Below, in pieces: positions 28,690-45,159 of a stretch of 64,000 bases of DNA; position 1 is the first letter of the stretch, and the number at the start of each line of letters is the position of its first letter. The stretch comes from the human T2T-CHM13v2.0 reference genome, Homo sapiens, in NCBI RefSeq assembly GCF_009914755.1, contig NC_060938.1, one strand, 5' to 3'. The notes beneath the pieces were generated by a model. That model had not been told where the DNA came from. It was given only the letters and a program-made list of their open reading frames with translations, and did no database searches. Both the position numbers and the translations under genes were made by a program.

Positions 28690-29272
28690 GCCCCCGCCGC
28701 CGAGGCTTTCTGCCCCCGCCGCCGCGGCTTTCTCCCACCGCGGCTTTTTGCCTCCGCCGATGAAGCTTTCTCCTACCGCGGCTTTTTGCCCCCTGCCATC
28801 GCGGCCTTTTGTCCCCTCCGTGGCGGCTTTTTGCCCCTGCCGCCACCGCTTTTGCCGACGCTCCTTTTTACCCCCACCTCTGCTGCTTTTTGCCCCCGCC
28901 GCCGCGGGTTTTTTCCCCCAGCCGCGGCTTTTTGCCCCCGCCACCGAGGCTTTTTGCCCGCGCCGCCGCGGCTTTTGCGTCTTTTTGCCCCCCGCCTCAG
29001 CGGCTTTCTGCCACCGCGGCTTTTTGCCCCGCCGCTGCACCTTTTTCCCGCCGCGGCTTTTTGCCCCCGCCGCCTAGGCTTTTTGTCCCCGCCACCGCAG
29101 CTTTCTGCCCCCGCCACCGCCGCTTTTTGCAGCCAGGGCTTTTTGCCCCCGCCGCCGTGGCTTTTTGCCCCCGCCGCCGCGGCTTTTTGCTCCCGCCGCT
29201 GCGACTTTTTCCCCGGCCGCTGCGTCTTTTTGCCCCCGCCGCTGCGGCTTTCTGCGCCCACCGCCGCGGCTC
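28690..29272 (+). repeat. GC-rich pericentromeric GCTTTTTGC (CAAAAAG) tandem repeat, ~22-bp unit GCCGCCGCGGCTTTTTGCCCCC, copy 1
   Basis: Directly visible degenerate tandem array; this repeat class is known from human pericentromeric duplicon boundaries. Confidence 0.9.
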
Positions 29273-29486
29273 TGAGGGCGGGAGCGGCAGACTCGGCTCC
29301 CAGCTCTACAGGCGTCCTGGCAGGGTCAGCGCCGAGGGGATCTCCTGGTCCAGCTCTCCAGGCGCAGGGGTTCCTTGCCTAGGCGCCCGAGCCCCCTGCC
29401 TGGGCCACTGAGGCTTGCATAGAGCGGCCTTGCGCGCGGCAGCGATGGGAGAAAAGAAGGAGGGCGGTGGTGGGGGTGATGCCACC
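29273..29486 (+). pseudogene. KSR1: Truncated KSR1 exon-1 fragment (probable 5' UTR plus N-terminal codons)
   Basis: 29415-29483 translates [23 protein letters not shown], matching the recalled KSR1 N-terminus ([25 protein letters not shown]); similarity then breaks, with a stop at 29508-29510. Confidence 0.85.
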
Positions 29487-29904
29487 GGGTCCAGCCCTCT
29501 CATCTTGTAGGTGAGGAAACCGAAGGCCTGAGGGAGAACTGACTTGCCAGGAACTGAGGGTGAGCCACTCCATCCTCGTCTGATTGTGGGGTCTTGACCT
29601 CAAGGGGTTTCCTGCAGGAAGAAGCAAATGGGTTTGCTTTCCTAGCTCTGTCCAGTACTTTAGGGACCCTGAGGCCTGGAGAGATTCTTGGAGAGCCATC
29701 TGGTGTATGTCATGGGTGGGCCTTTCTTGAAGGTCAGTCTGCCCAGTGGGCTGGCTCAGCCCGAATGAACTGTCTTGAATCTTTGGAGTTGTCTGTGTAC
29801 TTTTAAGGGCTTCTTATGCTTGCACCAAAAGATCTCCTGAAAATTAGGTGGGAAAACCTTAACTTTTGTGGGGCCTTGTGTTTGTCTTAAAAGTTCATGC
29901 ACAT

Positions 29905-30169
29905 GGCCAGGTGTGGTGGCTCACACCTGTTATCCTGTCCTGGATCCTTTGAGTCAAGTTGTTTGAGACGAACCTGGACAATATAGTGAGACCCCGTCTC
30001 TACAAAAAATAAAATATTAGCCAGGGGTGGTTGCGCGCATCTGTAATCCCAGCTGCTACTGTGTCTGAGGCAGGAGGAGCACTCGAGCCTGCACTGAACT
30101 GTGATCTCACCAGTGTACGCCAGCCTGGACCACAGAGCAATACCTTGACTCAAAAAAAAAAAAAAAAAA
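29905..30169 (+). mobile_element. AluJ, internally deleted
   Basis: GGCCAGGTGTGGTGGCTCAC...ATAGTGAGACCCCGTCTCTACAAAAAAT...poly(A). Confidence 0.85.
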
Positions 30170-30290
30170 CCAACAAGAAAAATTCTTGAAGATTTTGCAT
30201 TCTTTCCCACTATCCATTGGTTTTCATGTCAAGATAATGTCAGAAATTCTTTACAATTGCTTCCAGAAGGAGTAGACTTTTGATCTAGTG

Positions 30291-30486
30291 CACAGGTGTC
30301 CAGTCTTCCGGCTTCTCAGGGCCACATTGGAAGAAGAATGTTCCTGGGCCACACATAAAATACACTAATGCTAACAACAGCTGATGAGCTTAAAAAAAAA
30401 GAAAAAGGTTTGTGCATAATTTTCATGATACCCACCACCACAGATAGGCGGAAAAGTCCTTGTAGTCAAAGGGTTGGACACGGCTG
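30291..30486 (+). mobile_element. MER30 hAT-Charlie element with 8-bp TSD ATCTAGTG
   Basis: GGGCCACATTGGAAGAAGAA...GGGCCACACATAAAATACACTAA...AGCTGATGAGCT; ATCTAGTG at 30283-30290 and 30487-30494. Confidence 0.9.
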
Positions 30487-30851
30487 ATCTAGTGTCTTGT
30501 CGTCCGTTTTGACTTTCTCCCTGATTCCAGAATGCAGGTAGAGATGTAGAGACATGCTCTCAGGACAGCTGTTGAGATAAAAAAAAATCATTCTCATTCA
30601 TTCCCAAGCACAGCTGTTTGTCGTTTGCATTGAAAAAGTCTCCATTCAAACTGCTGTCACATATAAAATCTATTTATATGCCTGTATTTTTCTGTTGTCT
30701 TGGCCTTTGTGGGCAGTAGTGTGTTTTAACCGAGCAAACTGTCCTTCCAAGTAATGAAGCCGAAGTCAGCCTACCTGCTTGCCATTTTTCTTCCCCTTCC
30801 ATTTTTCTAACCTCAGGATAATTGTAGGAATGAAGTAAGATTTGTATTTAA

Positions 30852-30995
30852 GACCAGGCACAGTGTCTCAGGCCTGTAATCTCAGCACTTTGGGAGGCAG
30901 AGATGGATGTATCACTTGAGATCAGGAGTTCAAGACCAGCCTGGGCAAGATACTGAGACTCCGTCTTGTATAATTAAATTAAAATTTAAAAAAAG
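30852..30995 (+). mobile_element. FLAM/Alu left monomer
   Basis: Single monomer ending CAGCCTGGGCAAGATACTGAGACTCCGTCT plus an A-rich tail. Confidence 0.75.
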
Positions 30996-31871
30996 AAGAG
31001 AGAAAGACCTGTGTTTAAAATTTAAAAAAGGGGGGGAAAGTGTAATGCAAAATGTGGACTATGCCAGCTATGATTGGGAAAAATAATTTTTCCTACAGCA
31101 TTATCTGTAGACTTGTATTAGCAGCACACTGGTCATAAGCGTTTTGCTTTCCTCAAATATGATGAGGTAAGCTACTTTAAAGTGTGGTGGCGCTTTCCTC
31201 CGCGTGGCTCCTGGAGGTGTTGTGTCCCAATTTAGCCAATTAATTCGGGTTTAGTTTTGATATGGATAAGGGAGACCAGCTTCATTCATGGTGCACACAC
31301 AGTTTTGCCAATAAGGAAAAAAAAAGCCACCTGAATGTTCCTACTCATTAGATGCTATCTGGAGAGCTCCTACCCCACCCCCACCAAGGCCCGGGCCCTT
31401 AAAAACACTCAATGCAGCCTTTCTGTATCCCATACTGTATTCTGCAGGATGATCCTGTGAAAGAAAATTGTGCTGCATTAGCCATCTCCCTCCTGAAGAT
31501 CCCTGCGGATGAGGATTTGTGTTTTAAAGGTTCTGAGAAGTCCTGCAACAACAGTTCTCAAACTTATTTGTCCAGGGGATCTTTTCTTCCACTGAACGTA
31601 GTTGGGGAGACATGGCCTTAAGCCTTGAGCAGAGAAAGAGACAAGAAACTGTTGTCTCACTTACAACCAAGTGTTGTGTTTATGTTTTAGGTTTTTATGA
31701 AACTGAGGTGCTGTTTGAGGTTCCAAATCAAACTGGGTGGTTGAAGAGAGCCTGGTATCCCTGTAGACTTAGCCAGCCATGAAAAGTTGCCTTTTGTTGA
31801 AGGAGGTGTTTTACAAAGGGAAATAGGGTGTCTCCTGGGCATCAAATTAGCACTTAAATACATGAATCACT

Positions 31872-33058
31872 GAAATGAAATGAAATGATGAAATGAAATG
31901 AAATAATGGAATGAAATGAAATGATGAAATGAAATGATGAGATGAAATGATGAAATGAAATAATGAAGTGAAAGGATGAAATGATGAGATGAAATGAAAT
32001 GATGAAGTGATGAAATGAAAAGATGAAATGAGGAAATGATGAAATGCAATGGTGAAATGAAATGAGGAAATGAAATGAAATGAAGAAATGAAATGATGAA
32101 GTGAAATGATGAAATGAAATTAAATGATGAAATGAAAAGATCAAATGATGAAATGAAGAAATGATATGAAATGATGAAATGAAATGATGAAATGAAGTTA
32201 AATGATTATATGATGAAATAATGAAATGAAATGATGAAATGATGAATTGATGAAATGAAATGAAACGAGATGAAATGAAATGATGTGATGAAATGAAATC
32301 ATGAGATAAAATGATGAAATGATGAGATGATGTGAAATGATGAAATGAAATGAAATAAGGAAATGATAAAACGCATTGATGAGATGAAATGATGAAAAGA
32401 AAGGATGAAATGATGAGATGAAATGATTAAAGGATGAAATGAAATGAAATGATGAAATGAAATGAGGAAATGAGGAAATCAAATGATGAAATGATGAAGT
32501 GAAATGATGAAATGAAATGAAAAGATGAAATGATGAAATGACATGAAATGATGAAAAGAAATGAAATGAAGTCAAATGATGAAATGATGAAATGATGAAA
32601 CTAAACGATGAAATGATGAAATAAATGAAATGAAATGATGAATTGATGAAATGAAATAATGAATTGAAATGAGATGAAAAGATGAAATGAAATGAAATGA
32701 CGAGATGAAAAGGTGAAATGAAATGATGAGATGAAATTAAATGATGAGATGAAATAATGAAATGATGAGATGAAGTGAAATGATGAAATGAAATGAAATG
32801 TTGAGATGAAATGATGAAATGAAATGACAAGATGAAAAGGTGAAATGAAATGATGAGATGAAATGAAATGATGAGATGAAATAATGAAATGATGAGATGA
32901 AGTGAAATGATGAAATGAAATGAAATGTTGAGATGAAATGATGAAATGAAATGATGAGGTGAAATGATTAGATGAAATGATGAAATGAAAGGATGAAATG
33001 AAATGATGAAATGAGGAAATGAAATGATGAAATGAAATGAAATGATGAAATAGATGAA
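31872..33058 (+). repeat. (GAAAT)n/(GAT)n compound satellite-like block
   Basis: About 1.2 kb of GAAAT pentamers interleaved with GAT; nearly C-free on +. Confidence 0.93.
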
Positions 33059-33151
33059 CCAAACATACTTATTCATTTTTTTCTTGGCATCCTTCTAAGA
33101 GTATTTTAGTGAGGTTAATTTCTAAAAATAAATTCCTATTCAATGGCTATA

Positions 33152-33526
33152 CAGTTGGCCTTTGCACCACAGTGGTTTGAACTGTGCAGGTCCACTTAGC
33201 AAAACCAACAATTCTATATCCTTCTCCACACCCTGCCCATGAAAAGGATGAGGATGAAGACCTGTTTGATCATTTACTTCCATTTAATAACTAGTAAATA
33301 TATTTTCCTTATGATTTTCTTTTTCTTTTCTCTGGCATGTTTGTTAAGAATACAGTATATAAGACATATAACATATTAAATATGTGTTAATTGACTGCTT
33401 GTGTTATTTGCAAGGCTTACAGTAGGCTATTAGTAGTGAAGTTTTGGGGAAGTCAAATTTATAGTGGATTTTCTACTGTGAAGGGGGGCCAGCACCCCAG
33501 CCTCCGTGTTGCTTAAGGGTCAACTG
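33152..33526 (+). mobile_element. Tigger2a-like element with TA TSD
   Basis: TA|CAGTTGGCCTTTGCACCAC...GTGTTGCTTAAGGGTCAACTG|TA terminal inverted repeats. Confidence 0.85.
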
Positions 33527-35648
33527 TACATGTTATTTCCTTTCCTATAAGAGAAAAATGATGAGAAGGTCTTTTCTCCAATAAGTGTATTCAAAATGTA
33601 GCAGACTTGAAATGTGTTGGCACCACCATTTTGTGTCTCACTTTGAAAACTTATTATTAAAAATCGTACTAAAGCCTACCATACTTTTCCAACCTTAGAA
33701 AAAATGTTACAAAGAAAAGGGGTGACACCATGCTACTTTGCACTGAAAATTGAAATTATCTTTTAAAAATATATTTTTACTTTAATTACTTCCAAAATAG
33801 AGATCAGTTGCATACAAATGGCAGGTCACCCTAATCCATCCTATGACTGCGCTTAGATTCATGAGGAATTGTGCCATCTAGAAAGGGCAGAGAAGAGGAG
33901 CCACATGCTTTGATTCTGTTGTCACTGTGTACTTACTGCTAGGAAGAGGGCATGTTTGTGTATTTTTATGCTAATTATTATCCAAGTTGTTAATGATTTA
34001 TGCTTTCAGAACCATATAAAGATTTTTTTTCCTTTCAGATATAAACTATCTTGCATTGTTCTTCTGCTCATATGAGTGATAAATTTGCCTATTCTTCAGA
34101 CCATAATATTATGTCCACACAAATGCCAATAGCAATAGTAGAATCAACCACAACTGCCTTTGTAATTATTTAAAGCATGTGTGCCTGTAAGTAATTGGCA
34201 TTTTATATAATCAAGAATCTTTGATATAATAATATCTCAACTACTTGAAACATGGCTTACATATATTAATTTTATATGCAAATATATATATAATATCATT
34301 GTATATGAAATTAAATTTTGGACTTTAAAACAGCTTCTTAGAATCTTGACTTAAATGTCTAAAGTAATATTTGACTTAAAAAAATTTAGCACACTGTCAC
34401 TATGATGAAAAAAATTACTATAAAATAATTTTAAATTTTTTTCCACCCTAACATTTAGAATATTCTCACATTTGTGGTTAAAACCTATTGCGATTGTTCT
34501 TAGAATTTAGATAAAAAATGTTCCAGAAAGTTTGAAGAGAAGCACTTTAGTCCATTTTTATTTGTTCAAGCATGAAGAAACGGCATTTCATTGACCTTTT
34601 AAAAACTATTCAGATTCCCTCTTTGAATTCAAGTGTTTCAAAGATATCTTATTTTAAAATACCAAAATAGGAATCGAATATGAAGGGCTGGTTATGAGTA
34701 ATATGATACACATTTATGAGAGGATGAGATTACAATAACAATACCTCCTCTCATAGAATAGCCAGCAAGTCTCCACTAAATAACAGTGCCTTGATTTTAT
34801 AGATGTTTAATCATAGATATTGAGTTAATGTGAACCATTTGTAGACACAGGAGTTTATTACAGAATTATATATCTTTCAAGTATTTAGAAGAGTGTTGAA
34901 ATTAAGCCTGCATCCCCACGATTTTCAGCGGTGCTGATGCCTAATAAACTCAACTCCTTGCATGCCAAAATTGGCTTAAAGCCCACTCGTTACCCAAGCT
35001 ACACTTCAAGCATCAAGGCTCAAAAATGTAATTTTAAATATGCAAGAGTTTGAGGAATTCACTACTCACACTTTCTTGAACAGTCTATCCAAGTGCATCA
35101 AGCACAATGTGAGTAAAGAAATTTTGACCAAAGGATTGATAGTAATGTTGAATACATTTAATAATAGATCTAAGATTAAAAGGTGAGAGTGAGGGTGAGA
35201 AGAGTGTATGAATGCTTCGTGTTATGACAAAGAGAATGTAGCACCCAGGTCCTACCTGCTTGGTTGCATTGCCAGTGCCCACGGTAGGCTATTTTATCCA
35301 GGTTTTTAGGTTTTTATATTTTGTTTTGTTTTGTTTTTTTCTTTTCAGGAGAGTTAGTCCAAGACCAATAACTCCATAACTGGTAGATTTGGAAGATTTC
35401 AATAGTGCTTAACATTTTGTACATAGCTTTATAACAGTTTTCTTTTCCTTTTTTTCTGAGAGATTCTTTTCAATATACCCCATCATGGTTGAACTCAAAG
35501 TCATTGCTTATATAAAATCTACAACTGCTCACATTTTGTATCCTTTGCATTCCAGGTAATTCTTTTTGTGTATTTTCTGTATTTTTCTCCATCAGTCTAC
35601 CTATATATTTCTTAGATTTAATATTTTAATATGTTTCTGAAAAAGTGA

Positions 35649-36016
<368 letters not shown>

Positions 36017-36279
36017 TATTTCCTTCATTCTTTATGTTTATTTTACTTGTTTTATATATATCTCTCTCACTGTTTCTCTCCTTCTCACGTTCACTTTGAA
36101 GCTGTCAAATAGCCCAGGTGATGTTACAGATTGACTCCTTATAAAAGGAGGCATTACACATTACACATGCATCTTAGTGGCCTTACAAAAGTGTTTGGTT
36201 CATTGACTATTCACCTTTAAAATATTTAAATAGTCATTAAAATAGCTTCCAACCAATATTATTAGACTTATGTTTCTAG

Positions 36280-38900
<2,621 letters not shown>

Positions 38901-41900
38901 GATGCCCTATCTTGGGAAAAACTATGTATTTCTTTACTGTCTTATGTGATGTATGACAGTAGGAATCTGTACTCATTCATTTTGGTACATGTCCGTAGGG
39001 CAAAATCAGTTTCAGTGTTTAGGTATATTTTGTCTGCTTCCTGCATTCCCATGGTTTTGACCTTATATTTTACTTTTTTTTGTGAACATACCAATGCTTC
39101 AATTTTTTTCCAGTAATATAATCAACTATATTATGAGAAAGGGAAAAATTTTGATAAAACACAAATTTCATGTTTTCCTACTCTAATTGGCTTTTACGTA
39201 AAAATACAGGTAAAATTTATTTGTGCTTTTATGCTATTTCTGTTTTGCTATTCTCTGTTTGTCTATGTCTTCTCCACATAGACACAATTAGGGAATTTTG
39301 TACACTCTTGTGCCAACTGCTTTGATAGTCACAAGATGTATTTCTCGAACTCCTAGGTATAAAACTCAAGTATCCACAATTTAAATTCTTTTTCCCTCAC
39401 TTCTATTATGTTTCCAGTCTCAATAGAAATCGATGCCAATCCAGAAATACAAGCATTATTCTAATACTTCTCAAACATTACAGATATAAATTCTCTAGAT
39501 CTCCTTAAATACTGTCACTTTTCATTACTTGTATCTTAACTGTTATGTTAAACATTTTCTATAATATTAATATGTTGAGAAAATTTCCTTACTTTCTTAT
39601 TTGTCCCAGGTTCAATGTTTTGCAGTCTCTACCTCACCCTGTGAAGCATAAACATTGTACATGCTGTACAAATAATACATAGTTCATGTACTTAGAGATT
39701 GCACAATTTTTATTTGGTTGACAATAGTTAATGTTTTCTTCTTCATTTTCTACTTCCTGATTTTTCTTTATTTAGTATATACTACATTATCATAAAAATA
39801 AGAACGTTTTACAAACTAAAGAAAAAGCAACCCTAGGAATAAAATGCACAATTAAGATATGTAAACATACAGTTAGATATACCACGTACCCTTCTAATTT
39901 ATTTAGACATTTAATTTTAGTACAATTTTAATTAAAGTCTGTGTATTATCTGTCATCGTCTTAGTATTTTTTATATAACAAATTTTGTAAATCAAAAAGT
40001 CTCAATGTCGTTATAAACTATCTTGGCAGAGGTTGATCTCCAAGGAATAATTTCTCTCCCAAATTATGTCAATCAGAATTTCACTCTACCATAATTCTTT
40101 TAATCAGTTTCAGAGGAATAATAAATTTCAAAATTTTTCAAGGTACTTGTTGTAGTTCAAGTACGTTTTGACAGGTGTAAAACTGTAGACAGACTGATAC
40201 AAACATATTCTAATTGACTCAAAAGTATATAGGACCTGTTTTAAAATCTAGATTTTAAAATGTCGTGTCAACATACACATGTTCTCCTTGTGAAATAATT
40301 GCTTTTTATTCTCTGGATGGAATAATTTAACCTTTAAAGCTTCAATTCACTGTTAAAAACAAAATATTACATAAGGATATGCTGATAAAAGTAATTCACA
40401 GCTAGCTTTTCAATTCAGAAATATATGTGAAAAATCATCAAGCATCTAATGGATTTCAAGGAGAAATGTGTTAGTAATTTATTCCATATGTTTCAATTTT
40501 TCCTAGACTCAAGTCTTCCTTTAAAATAATTGTAGGCGTTTAAGAAACTATGTAAACTAAAAAGAAGAAATTGTGACACTGCCGCTTAGATTTTTTAAAT
40601 CTTTGGACATGAATCAATATATTTTTATATTTTATCTTAATTAGACATTGTGAGTTCACCATCTTCCTGTCAGTATAGCATCCAAGCTGATTATCATAGA
40701 TTACAAGTTCAACTATCAACTGTGTGCTGAGAGTCTAAAAAAATAAATGAATTTATTTGTTTGGGTATTCTTAAAGCAGGAGTGAGGACACGGTGAAAGT
40801 GAGACAAGGAAGAGGGAACAAACTAAAACAGGAAAGATAGAAAAGCCAATACCACACGTGTTAAGAGGCAAGTTCCTGTGTTAGATATCTGGGCTTAATT
40901 CTCTGGGAAGCTATGTGGAACATGCCTCAGAATTACATCACTGAATCCAGGGAGATTCTTCTTAGTTACCCTCACTTTTCTTCCCACTTCATGCCCAGTC
41001 ACTAGCTCCTGTGCTGCTAGAGAAAGTCCTCAGCTAGAAACAGGTGCAAATTCTGGAGATGAGACCTTGTAGAGTGTTAAGAATGGTTTTCTTCCCGGCA
41101 GCTACAGGCAAGGAATAGCGGCTGGGCTATTAATACATCTACTACAAATCAATAAAGCCCTTATGCTCCTTTTGGTGATCGACAATGTAATTAAAAATAT
41201 TAGATGATCAAGAAGGGCTGCAGAAAGGAGGAAACAGAAACAAACAGCACACCTCTTGATTTATTTTTATTCATTTCATCAGTTTCAAGGAAAATGTGTT
41301 GGGAGTTCCTGGCATAGAGAATGTCACAAAGACATGTTTTCAATAGTGGTGCTATCCCTAGGTCACAGAAGACCCAGAGAAAGCCCAAGTGGCTGCTGGA
41401 ACAAAGTCAGACACCGTGCCACCTGTCCACACTCCTTGGCTCTGCCATCATGCTGAAGATCGGTTTAAAGGACTGGCTTCCCTCCCCCCAAAATTAAAAG
41501 AGCACAGACTGAGAAACTGAATGTAGGAGACAGCAGTGGATTATGCTGTTCTCAGGGGTCACCTCAGGTTTGGAAGCATTCCTTTAAATTAACCCATCTC
41601 AGGCCATCTGCAGAGAAGAAAGGTGATACCTAACTTTTTTTCTTGTCAGCATTTGGTAGGGGTGTTTTATTGACCAAATATGTTCCTATAACCTAGTTTT
41701 TTGTAACTAACTAAATACAGTAGATTTTTAAATTTTATCATCAAAATCTATAGACAATTTTTGATTAAAATAGACTCCACATCTATGTCCTGCTTTTCTT
41801 CTTATTATTAATTACATTGCTGTATCAAAGAACAAGACTTCAGAGTCAAGAATATCTTGTCTCTTTGAATTGAATTTATACAAGGTGCTCTTTCTTTAAT

Positions 41901-43907
41901 GCTGTCTCAAAGGATATATTTTTACTCATTAAAAAGGAAGATCGGAGTCTTGTTGTATGTACTGCTCCAACATATTAATAATTAAAATTAGGAGGTAAAT
42001 GTGGTCAAAGCTATAGAAAGACTTGAGATGTCATTTATATTGATTACTGTGTAGCACTCTACAAACAGAAATTTTTAAATATTAGTTTATATAAGTATTT
42101 TGTAGCATTTCAAATATTTGAGTGCCTGAAGTTTCTACTCTTATGTAGTTCAGATTATCAATTTGAAGACTTACTCCGCTAGTTAAAATGTTTTTAGTCT
42201 CGTTTGAGTATTACATAAAAGCGATTTTCAGTTAAATGTGTTCTGCTTACATAAAACATTACAAATTATTGAGTATTTAATTACATTTTCATGTTCCTGT
42301 AATGTCTTTAGAAGATTTTCATATTATTACCTATCAATATATGTATGCTTTGTCAAAGAAAAATCAAGCATATACATCATTGAAATTGAAACCTTTTAAA
42401 AGTACTTATTAATTCTATTGAAAACCCGCATGCATAGGAACAATTACAATATAATATTGTGAACATGTAAATATATATCCTGTGTCTATTTTATATATAA
42501 GCATATATGCTTAAAAATATAGTTAAGAATTTTTAAACTTAGTATTATAAAGTAAAAATTAGTTAAACTTCTGATGATTACTTGTTAATTAAGATAATAT
42601 TATTTTGATTAGGGTGATTTTAAATAAACAAAAATATTAAATTACCTGAAAAAATTCTTTATAAATGTTTATGATTTTTACATTGGTTTTATCACTTTAT
42701 TCCACTATTTTATTTTAAGATGACAAGCCTTGTTTAAAATACTTTATTCATCTTAATTAAATTAAATTCCATTTGTAAAAAAATTAACAAAGGATTTGCT
42801 CTATTATACAGTGCGGTTGTAAACTGAGTCAGTATCTCAAGATTTATCCCCATTATCGTCATCTGTGGCCCTATTTGTTTTATAAATGTATTGTCTTTTT
42901 CCATGCCTGTCACATCTCTATTGCTCATTCATTTTTCTCTTTGTCCCTTACAGGGAGCATTGCCTATCTCTAGATTAAGCAAAAGTTGCATATTAACAAA
43001 GCACAATAACCTGCTCAATCTTTCTCACACAGAGAAATGTTTGTTAAGTAATTAACGTGTAGATGATGATACAAAGAGCTTGATTAAATTAGATGCCAAA
43101 ATACCCTTGTGATTCAGGTATTTAATTTCTTTGAAATCAATAATTGCTGAGTGACATTAATTAATGCCAATATTCCAGAAGTTGTTCTAGTTAGTGAAAT
43201 GTATACAACATGCAAAAGTTTCAGAATTCTGAAGGGCAACATTATTCTATAGTTAAGAATTAAGAATCAATTCACATTAATTATTGGAGAGAAATAATTA
43301 TTAAGAATTAATGACTGAGAAAATGTTTTCATTTTTTATTTAGAAAATTATTTTGTGCATGAGCGTTAATGCTGGTTTTGCAAGAAACATAAATTTAAAG
43401 AAACAATTATGTGCACAAGGTGAATTTAATAACATCTTGAGATTTTCCACGATTAGAGTTTTATTTGGTAAATCTTTAAATGCACATCATCTAAAGATAA
43501 TAAATGAATCTTGGAAATCTTGTAGGTAGGATAAATATTAGGATGCATCCAATTACATTTACACACATCTACAATTACATTCACACCCATACATGCACAC
43601 ACACTCACTGATACACATGTGTGTATATATATACATGAATTTACTAATTGATTTTAACTAATATTTATAAGAGCCAGTAGGATTGATATATATTGTTGAA
43701 CCTGAAAAATATTTATTATATACATGTTTAATATACACACAGAAATAAATAGTAATTGCACTAGGCTTTTGCAACTGTACTAAAATATAAGCTGTGAATA
43801 TTTTGTGATCACTACAAATTCTTACACTGAATATTTTTATTTTTATAATATTAATATGTTTGGTACATGTGTACATTTTTTACAATGTGTTATTTTATTT
43901 TTGTCTT

Positions 43908-44249
43908 AGAGCCATGTAATGTATAATAACATTTCTGTCAAAGATGGACTACATATACAAAAGTGGTCCATGAGATTATAATACATATTTTTACATACTT
44001 TTCTATGTTTAAGTATGTTTACATACATAAACTCTTATCACTGTGTTCTTATTGCCTGCAGTATTCAGTACGGTAATGTAGTACACAGGTTTGTAGCCTA
44101 GGAGAGAGAGGCTCTACCATATAACCTAGACGTGGTAGGCTGTACAATCTAAGTGTTTGTAATATTCTCTGTGATGTTTACAAAACGATGAAATTGCCTA
44201 CGGATGCATCTGTTAGAACGTATCCCTAACATTCAGTGATGTGTGACTG
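43908..44249 (+). mobile_element. Tigger3a-like DNA transposon
   Basis: GTGGTCCATGAGATTATAATAC...GTATTCAGTAC.GTAA...CAGGTTTGTAGCCTAGGAG...TGTGACTG|TA. Confidence 0.8.
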
Positions 44250-44799
44250 TACTAAAATGCTCAATCTAGGTTTCAATGCCCTCCATAAAATTGTTGTACT
44301 GTAAAATGCAAATCTCTCACCTATGGCCTGAACATGTTTGCAAACTAAGCAGATCATGGGAAGGAGAATGTGCTGGCATCGCTGGGATGATTTTCTCACA
44401 CTACATGAATAATATCTCCAGACTTTGCGAATATGACCCACGTGCATAGAGTTAAAGCAGGCATCTCTTTGCTGGGAAATTTATCAAATGGGAGTGTGAA
44501 GTGTTTTTAAAGACACTTGTTTGTTTGTAGCCGGTAGGCCTACAGTGGCTCATGGTAATGGTTGAGGTTGCTAAGATTTGGTGGAAGGAGGCAAAATGAA
44601 ATGGCCACTTATATGGTATATGGATCACTTGTTTCTGTTGAGTTACAGATTCAGCTGGCTATTTCTCCCAATTTTAGTTATTTGGAGAAAAAAACATGAT
44701 GGTAATTTTGGGATAACAAATACAATATTTGATGAAAGCAAATTTATTAAGCGTTAGACAAACTACAAGATAATTTAGGCTGCAAAGTCAACACGAGAC

Positions 44800-45150
44800 T
44801 TCTGGCCCAAATTGTGCAGAGTTTGGGTCCAGCTGCAAAGTTCAAAGGAAGAGGCCATATACGATTCTCACTTTTGACACCAACTGCAAGTTCAGGGGTT
44901 TCCCCAGAACACCCTCAGTTTCAAGAATTTACTAGAAAGACTCACAGAACTCATTGAATGCCATTGTATTCATGGTTTATAATAGAGAAAGGGTAGAAAT
45001 TAGAACCAATCAAAGGAAGAGACATATCACATAAGGTGGAATCTAGGAGGATTTTGAATGTTTTTTCCATTGTCTTCAGGACGTACTACCTGTCATTGTT
45101 GTACAGCAATAAACATGGAGTACTACCAACCTGGGGAGCTCACCTGATGC
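44800..45150 (-). mobile_element. MER21-like LTR fragment
   Basis: GACACCAACTGCAAGTTCAGGGG...CTAGAAAGACTCACAGAACTCA. Confidence 0.65.
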
Positions 45151-45159
45151 TAAAAAGAC

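Noticed and set aside
28607-29411. Pro/Ala/Arg-rich ORFs on both strands (also 55931-56784)
   Set aside because: They are translations of the 22-bp GC array and are open in multiple frames.
31854-33076. 292-aa HFIISF ORF, many ATGATGA (snoRNA C-box-like) motifs and ATG-AAA-TGA mini-ORFs
   Set aside because: All follow automatically from GAAAT/GAT repeats; there is no D-box and terminal-stem architecture.
41240-41640. GC-balanced exon-like island after TTCATTTCATCAG
   Set aside because: No recognisable homologue, sustained ORF or clear donor; cannot be supported.
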